Shown in pieces: positions 25,707-31,281 of a stretch of 31,281 nucleotides of DNA (the stretch's first letter is position 1; the number at the start of each line of letters is the position of its first letter). The notes below the pieces were generated by a model. The model had not been told where the DNA came from. It worked only from the letters and a program-made list of their open reading frames with translations, and searched no databases. Source of the stretch: Anaerolineae bacterium (GTDB lineage Bacteria; Chloroflexota; Anaerolineae; Anaerolineales; E44-bin32). The position numbers and the translations under genes are program-made. Location: positions 1 through 31,281 of the forward strand of contig DAOVIK010000001.1 in the NCBI GenBank assembly GCA_030673735.1, given 5' to 3'.

Positions 25707-27251
25707 ATGCTTCTGGACAGCCTCCTTGCCCTGACTCCGATGCTGATCATCCTGATCTTGATGCTGCGTTTTCGCTGGGGCGCAGCCAGGGCGGGACCGA
25801 TCGGGTGGTTTTCGGCAATCATCATCGCGGCGTGGCGCTTCGGTGCAGGGCTCGAATTACTTGCCCTTGCCCAGGCCAAGGCCATGCTGCTTACGCTGGA
25901 TGTACTGCTGATCGTGTGGGGGGCGTTCCTGCTCTATCGAGTGGCGGATGAGGCCGGCGCCATTGGGATCCTCGGAAAAGCTCTGCCTCATCTAACCTCC
26001 GACCGTGGCATGCAGGCCTTGTTGATCGCCTGGGTGTTTGCCTCCTTCTTGCAAGGTGTCGGGGGGTTCGGGGTTCCGGTCGCTGTGACAGCTCCGATCC
26101 TGATTGGACTGGGCTTCAACCCACTGATTGCCGTGGTCATGCCGGCGATAGGCCACGGTTGGACGGTGACGTTTGGTTCTCTCGCCTCCTCGTTTCAGGC
26201 ATTGATGGCCAGTTCGCAGATAAGCGGCGATCAACTGGCCGCGCCATCGGCCCTGCTGCTTGGGTTGGCCGGCCTTGCCAGCGGCTACATGGTGGCCCAT
26301 GTAGCCGACGGATGGAAGGGTGTGCGCAGATTGGTGCTGCCGGTCTTCATCCTGGCAATCGCCATGGGGGCAACGCAGTTGCTGTTGGCTGTCTGGGGTT
26401 TATGGAGCATCGCCAGTCTTGGAGGCGGCCTGGCCGGGCTTGCAGCGGGCCTGCTCCTGGCCAGGCGCTACCGGGGAAGCATAGAGGCTACATCCAAGCG
26501 AATGCTCAATATCCGGCATGTGATCCTGGCTTTATCGGGCTACATCGCCCTGATCGTTTTTACCTTGATCATCCAGCTCGTGGTCCCTGTACGCGAGCTC
26601 TTGGGTCAATTCGTGATACGAGTTCCATTCCCCGAGATGACCACCGCGCTGGGATTCACGACGCCCGCCGGGTTCGGGCGCAGCATACCACTCTTCCGTC
26701 ATGCGGGGGCCATTCTGGGTTATTCGGCCTTGCTATCCTTCTTGATCTACCGCAAAGCGAGTTTCTATGCGCCCCATGCTGCCCGCCGGATCCTATCCGG
26801 AACCGTGAGCAGAGTGATCCCCTCCAGCTTGGGCATCGTCGCCATGGTGTCGATGGCGGTTGTGATGAGCCATGCGGGGATGACCGATGCGCTGGCGCGC
26901 GGGATTGCGCTTGGTGCTGGAGCCTTCTTCCCACTGGCTTCGCCTTGGATCGGCGCCCTTGGCGCTTTCATGACTGGCTCTAACACCAACTCCAACGTTG
27001 TCTTCACCATGATGCAGCGGCGCGCGGCCGAACTTCTGGGACGTAGCGTTCCGTTGATCCTTGCGGCGCAAACCGGCGGCGGCGCAGTCGGTTCGGTTGC
27101 CGCGCCGACGAAGGTCGTGGTCGGAGCCAGCACCGCGGGCATGGCGGGGAAAGAAGGAATGGTGCTGCGGAAGCTGTTGCCATATGTCGCTGTGCTGCTC
27201 GGTCTCATGAGCCTGATCACGATCCTCTTTCTAGGAGTCTGGCCGATATGA
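25707..27251 (+). CDS. lctP: L-lactate/glycolate permease (LctP family)
   Basis: 514 aa multi-TM; FLQGVGGFGVPVA, GAFMTGSNTNSN, AAQTGGGAVG; SD GGAGG. Confidence 0.85.
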   Translation: MLLDSLLALTPMLIILILMLRFRWGAARAGPIGWFSAIIIAAWRFGAGLELLALAQAKAMLLTLDVLLIVWGAFLLYRVADEAGAIGILGKALPHLTSDRGMQALLIAWVFASFLQGVGGFGVPVAVTAPILIGLGFNPLIAVVMPAIGHGWTVTFGSLASSFQALMASSQISGDQLAAPSALLLGLAGLASGYMVAHVADGWKGVRRLVLPVFILAIAMGATQLLLAVWGLWSIASLGGGLAGLAAGLLLARRYRGSIEATSKRMLNIRHVILALSGYIALIVFTLIIQLVVPVRELLGQFVIRVPFPEMTTALGFTTPAGFGRSIPLFRHAGAILGYSALLSFLIYRKASFYAPHAARRILSGTVSRVIPSSLGIVAMVSMAVVMSHAGMTDALARGIALGAGAFFPLASPWIGALGAFMTGSNTNSNVVFTMMQRRAAELLGRSVPLILAAQTGGGAVGSVAAPTKVVVGASTAGMAGKEGMVLRKLLPYVAVLLGLMSLITILFLGVWPI

Positions 27252-27433
27252 ATATCGTCGATGAAACCTCAAGCGCAAAGACTAAGCTGCGTCTCCAGGC
27301 GACGGCCTTCCTGCTGATCGTGTTGCCATCGTTCGGCCTCTAATTGGCCATCACCTCGGGCCTTGCCTTGGTGATATGGCTCCTCTTCGCACCCATCGCG
27401 GCAGCCATGATCCTGGCAACATTCGCATCCTAA
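27248..27433 (+). pseudogene. Small two-TM membrane protein interrupted by TAA at codon 32
   Basis: ATGA overlap with lctP; MNIVDETSSAKTKLRLQATAFLLIVLPSFGL*LAITSGLALVIWLLFAPIAAAMILATFAS*; hydrophobic coding continues in frame past TAA 27341-27343. Confidence 0.55.
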
Positions 27434-27528
27434 TCTCCTGCCCGCCATTCCAAGTCCGCATCTTGTTGATACACCAGCACACCCTGACCAGAGTAGTACC
27501 TACCCACGTCTGATGTACAATGTGGGCC

Positions 27529-28542
27529 ATGGATGAAGTAAACGTTTTGATCACGCTCCCCTATCCTGACTCGCTACTGGGACGCCTGCAGGCCGTTTCA
27601 CCGAAGCTGCAGTTCCACGTTCATCCGGCGCGCAATCCTGAGGAACTGCCGGAGGAGCTGCTTCCAAAAATCGATGTGCTGTACACAATCGACACCCTGC
27701 CGGTGCCCGAAAGCATACCCAATCTGGCCTGGATCCAGTTCCACTACGCCGGCATCGATGCGGTTCGCAATAATCCCTTGCTGCGGGCCAAGATCCAGGT
27801 AACGACGATGAGCGGAGCAGCGACACCACAAGTGGCCGAGTTTGCCATGATGAGCATCCTGGCTCTAGCACGGCGCGTGCCGTTGATGGTGATCGACAAG
27901 CTGGGCAAGCATTGGGACGAGGACCGCCTACAGCGCTTTCAGCCTCTCGACCTGCGCGGCAGCACCGTGGGCATCGTCGGCTACGGCAGCATCGGACGCG
28001 AGGTGGCGCGCCTTTGCCGAGCCTTCGGCGCCGATGTGCTGGCAACCAAGCGGGATCTCAAGAAGCTTGAAGAGACGGGCTACATGCCTGAAGGGCTTGG
28101 CGATCCGCAAGCCGATCTCGTCACACGCTTGTATCCCCCAGAAGCCCTACGAACCATGGCCGCAGAATGCGATTTCCTGGTCGTTACCGTACCGCTCACT
28201 CGCGATACGCGGGGCCTCGTGGGGGAGGAGATCCTGGGAGCCTTGAAACCCACCGCCTTCTTGATCGACGTCTCGCGCGGTGGTGTTGTCGATCACGGGG
28301 CGCTCATCACGGCGCTGAACGACGGGAGCCTCGCCGGAGCGGCGTTGGATGTCTATCCGCTAGAGCCACTTCCCGAGAAGAGCCCTCTCTGGGAGATCCC
28401 CAATGTGATCATCTCGCCGCATGTGGCGGGAGCCTCCTCACATTACTACGAGCAAGCCACCGAGCTCTTTGCCGCCAATCTGCAGCTATACCTGGAAGGG
28501 CAACCGCTGCTGAACCTTTACGATCCCAAGCTAGGCTATTGA
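27529..28542 (+). CDS. D-2-hydroxyacid dehydrogenase (NAD(P)-dependent)
   Basis: AGID, GIVGYGSIG, VPLTRDTRG, IDVSRGGVVD, AALDVYPLEPL, SPHVAG; start ATG 27529, 7 nt after TACAAT. Confidence 0.9.
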   Translation: MDEVNVLITLPYPDSLLGRLQAVSPKLQFHVHPARNPEELPEELLPKIDVLYTIDTLPVPESIPNLAWIQFHYAGIDAVRNNPLLRAKIQVTTMSGAATPQVAEFAMMSILALARRVPLMVIDKLGKHWDEDRLQRFQPLDLRGSTVGIVGYGSIGREVARLCRAFGADVLATKRDLKKLEETGYMPEGLGDPQADLVTRLYPPEALRTMAAECDFLVVTVPLTRDTRGLVGEEILGALKPTAFLIDVSRGGVVDHGALITALNDGSLAGAALDVYPLEPLPEKSPLWEIPNVIISPHVAGASSHYYEQATELFAANLQLYLEGQPLLNLYDPKLGY

Positions 28543-28555
28543 GTAGGGAGATCCG

Positions 28556-29305
28556 ATGATCGAAGGTGCGGTGTTTGACCTGGGATCAACGCTGATCCGC
28601 TTTACGGGAGAATGGCAAGAAGTGGTTAAAGAGGGCCATCGACGGATGGTGCAATCCTTGGTGCAGAGCGGATTAGAGCTAGATACAGACCAATTCGACA
28701 TGGCCTTCGAGCAAACCTGGCAAGAGACGGTTGTCCAGCGCGAGATCGACCACATAGAGCGTCCCATGGCAGACCTACTGCATCAATTGTTGGCCGAATT
28801 GGGACATACACAGGTCTCGAACGCGGTGGTGAGCCTGGCTCTCGAGCGCATGTTCTCCTCCAGCGAGGCATATTGGCATCCCATGCCGGGCGTATACTCC
28901 GTGCTGGAGAAGCTGCGTGAAGCGGGTTTGCGGCTGGGTATCGTCTCAAACGCCAGCGACTCGGCCAATGTCCATCGCCTGGTGGATAAAGCCGAACTGC
29001 GTTCCTATTTCGATCCAATCGTGGTGTCTGCTGAGCAGCGCGTACGCAAACCCGATAAGCGCGTCTTCGACCCCATTCTGAATGCCTGGGACCTTCCTCC
29101 CCAGCGCTTGGTGATGACCGGCGACAGCCTGGCGGCTGACGTCATAGGCGCACGCAATGTTGGTATGTATTCCATTTGGCTTACAGCAGACGCCGACACA
29201 CCAGGCAATCAGGCATTGCGCGACAAGGTCAAACCGGATGCGGTCGCGGAAGAGCTGGTAGAGGTGCCTGACATCATACGCCAGATCGGTAAGTCAGACC
29301 GGTAG
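28556..29305 (+). CDS. HAD-superfamily hydrolase
   Basis: Motif I FDLGSTL, motif II IVSN, motif III RKPD, motif IV GDSLAADVIGA. Confidence 0.88.
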   Translation: MIEGAVFDLGSTLIRFTGEWQEVVKEGHRRMVQSLVQSGLELDTDQFDMAFEQTWQETVVQREIDHIERPMADLLHQLLAELGHTQVSNAVVSLALERMFSSSEAYWHPMPGVYSVLEKLREAGLRLGIVSNASDSANVHRLVDKAELRSYFDPIVVSAEQRVRKPDKRVFDPILNAWDLPPQRLVMTGDSLAADVIGARNVGMYSIWLTADADTPGNQALRDKVKPDAVAEELVEVPDIIRQIGKSDR

Positions 29306-29316
29306 AAGTTTCTGCA

Positions 29317-30030
29317 ATGAGAGTCAAGCGAGTAAGCGAGCACATCGCACGACTGGAAATCCCATGGCGCTTCCTCGGATTAATTAACTACCCAGTTGCG
29401 GTCTATTTGGTGCGGGAGGGGAGCGGCTATTCCCTCATCGACACCGGCGTTACCGAGAGCGCTGCAGCACTGATCCGAGTCCTGCGGGAAGTTGCAGGGG
29501 GCCATGGGCCTGACCAGGTGCTGCTCACGCACGCACACCACGACCACGCTGGTGGGTTGAGTGCACTGCAATTGACCTGGCAACCTCCAGTTCTCTGCCA
29601 CAGAGAAGAAGTCCCTTTCGTAACCGGCGAGATGAATTACCGTCAGCTCCCGTCCCGGAGCCCTGCCTACCGGTTGGGCCGCTTGACACTGAAGCACTCG
29701 GAGTGGGCCGTCAATCTGAAGCCACCACTCGAGGGCGGTCAGTCAAAAATGGGAATGGTGGTCATCCATCTTCCAGGACACACTCCGGGGAGCATCGCCT
29801 TCCTGCACCCTCAGGATCGGGCCGTTATCTGCGGAGATGTGATCCGGAATTTAGGAGGCCGGCTCTCAGGCGCCTTCCCTCTGACCACGCAAGATCCTCA
29901 AGCCGCGCGCCAGGCGATCCGCCGCCTCGCAGAATTGGACTGCAATCTGCTCCTGCCCTCCCACGGGCAACCCATCATTGGCAACGTTCGGGGGAAACTG
30001 CTGCGATACCTGAAACGCAGCAGGAAATGA
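29317..30030 (+). CDS. Metallo-beta-lactamase fold hydrolase (glyoxalase II-like family)
   Basis: LIDTG, THAHHDHAGG, PGHTPGS, CGD, LPSHG. Confidence 0.88.
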   Translation: MRVKRVSEHIARLEIPWRFLGLINYPVAVYLVREGSGYSLIDTGVTESAAALIRVLREVAGGHGPDQVLLTHAHHDHAGGLSALQLTWQPPVLCHREEVPFVTGEMNYRQLPSRSPAYRLGRLTLKHSEWAVNLKPPLEGGQSKMGMVVIHLPGHTPGSIAFLHPQDRAVICGDVIRNLGGRLSGAFPLTTQDPQAARQAIRRLAELDCNLLLPSHGQPIIGNVRGKLLRYLKRSRK

Positions 30031-30118
30031 GCCTCCTCGACCGGTCCCTAACCTTTTACCAATCCGAACCATGATAGAATGCTTCGTTTGATTCTCCTCA
30101 CCTCCGGAGCGCGCCAAC

Positions 30119-31281
30119 ATGCTACGCAGGATTCGTAACGCGACCACAGGCTACCCGCGCCAGTTCTGGCTGATCTTCTGGGGCATGCTGATCAATGCCT
30201 CAGGCGGAAGCATGGTATGGCCGTTCCTGACGATCTACATGCGCCAGCAACTCGACGTGCCGCTCACTTCCGTGACGCTGCTTCTAACCGCCAACTCAGT
30301 AGCGGGATTGGTGGCCACCTCATTCACAGGCCCCGCTGTCGATCGCTTCGGCCGCAAGAACGCCATGATCCTGGGCATGGCCGTCAATGGAGCCACCTTT
30401 CTGTTTATGTTTAGAGCCGACACAATGGAGATGTGGCTGGCTCTGATGATCATCAACGGGATCTTCTCGCCCCTCGTCCGCGTGTCCATAAACGCCATGG
30501 TTGCTGATCTTATCGAAACCGAACGCAGGGCGGATGCCTATGCGCTGCTGCGCATGATCCAGAACCTCGGAGTGGCTATTGGACCTTCGGTGGGGGGCTT
30601 TATCAGCAGCGTATCCTATGGGCTTGCGTTTACCATAGCTGCGATCGTCCACTTCACCGTGGCCACACTGCTGCTCACGCTCGCGAAAGAGACCATTCCC
30701 AGCGAAGAGCCCGGTGCCGAAAGGCGAGCAGCGGGATATGGTCCAGTGCTGCGGGATCGCGCTTTCATGGCAGTCTGTACGATGCTCATGCTCGCCGGCA
30801 TGGCCTATTCGCTGATGATGGTCTTGCTTCCGGTTTATGCCAAGGAGAACTTCGGCGTTCCGGAGTCGCAATATGGATTCATCATGGCTACCAATGCAGC
30901 CATGGTGGTTCTCTTCCAGTATGCCATCACGAAGATCACCGGTCGCTACCACCATTTGCCTGTAATGGCCGCTGGAGCGATGTTCTATGCGCTGGGCGTA
31001 GGCAGCGTAGCCTTAGGGCAAAGCTTCCCAGCGTTCCTGGCCAGTATGGTGGTGCTAACCATCGGCGAAATGATCATCATACCCACAGCGACGGCGTTGA
31101 CGGCCAATCTGGCTCCCGCCGACATGCGCGGTCGCTACATGGGGGTTTACGGCCTAAGCTGGGGAGTGGCCTTCGGCATCGGTCCGGTGATCGCCGGCCT
31201 GCTCAACGACTACGTCGCACCCGTGGCGATCTGGTACGGCGGATTGGTCATGGGTTTGATGGCAGTGGCGGGATTCGTACT
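30119..31281 (+). CDS. MFS transporter, truncated by the right edge and absent from the ORF track
   Basis: SD GGAG, ATG 30119, MLRRIRNATTGYPRQFWLIFWG..., MFS motif A GPAVDRFGRK; TG-extended TAGAAT upstream; read in frame at the 5' end and apparently open to the edge. Confidence 0.88.
   Translation, partial: MLRRIRNATTGYPRQFWLIFWGMLINASGGSMVWPFLTIYMRQQLDVPLTSVTLLLTANSVAGLVATSFTGPAVDRFGRKNAMILGMAVNGATFLFMFRADTMEMWLALMIINGIFSPLVRVSINAMVADLIETERRADAYALLRMIQNLGVAIGPSVGGFISSVSYGLAFTIAAIVHFTVATLLLTLAKETIPSEEPGAERRAAGYGPVLRDRAFMAVCTMLMLAGMAYSLMMVLLPVYAKENFGVPESQYGFIMATNAAMVVLFQYAITKITGRYHHLPVMAAGAMFYALGVGSVALGQSFPAFLASMVVLTIGEMIIIPTATALTANLAPADMRGRYMGVYGLSWGVAFGIGPVIAGLLNDYVAPVAIWYGGLVMGLMAVAGFV

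Noticed and set aside
28556-28600. HAD motif I reads DLG instead of DxD
   Set aside because: A common variant in this HAD subgroup; the nucleophile and motifs II-IV are intact

Overview
Chromosomal, mostly housekeeping window of a fairly GC-rich bacterium. Gene content (NBR1-Ig lipoprotein, DUF389-SH3 protein, LiaF-like membrane proteins) suggests Chloroflexota/Anaerolineae; this is inferred from recalled family distributions. It holds about 30 CDS, including a Zn/Mn ABC operon, a DegS-like kinase, trxB, rdgB, yceD, rpoD/sigA, a CinA/PncC protein, xseAB, murJ, a lactate permease, a 2-hydroxyacid dehydrogenase, HAD and MBL hydrolases and an MFS transporter, plus tRNA-Val(CAC). I saw no integrase, transposase or CRISPR array. 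The most unusual signal is non-coding: a ~140-nt element between tRNA-Val and its terminator carries four colinear blocks matching that tRNA, interrupted by inserts that form long crossing helices, and it ends in GCCA. Other notable items: (1) an SDR plus steroid 5-alpha-reductase pair whose reductase has an amber codon at a normally conserved Trp; (2) a second small gene broken by an in-frame ochre codon; (3) a 1094-aa APC-USP-USP-DUF389 fusion with degenerate substrate-binding motifs; (4) a SAM-I-like motif set lacking P2 on the strand with no downstream gene; (5) possible tandem NrdR boxes at rdgB; (6) several probable leaderless genes. All family assignments come from reading motifs by eye, not from database searches.
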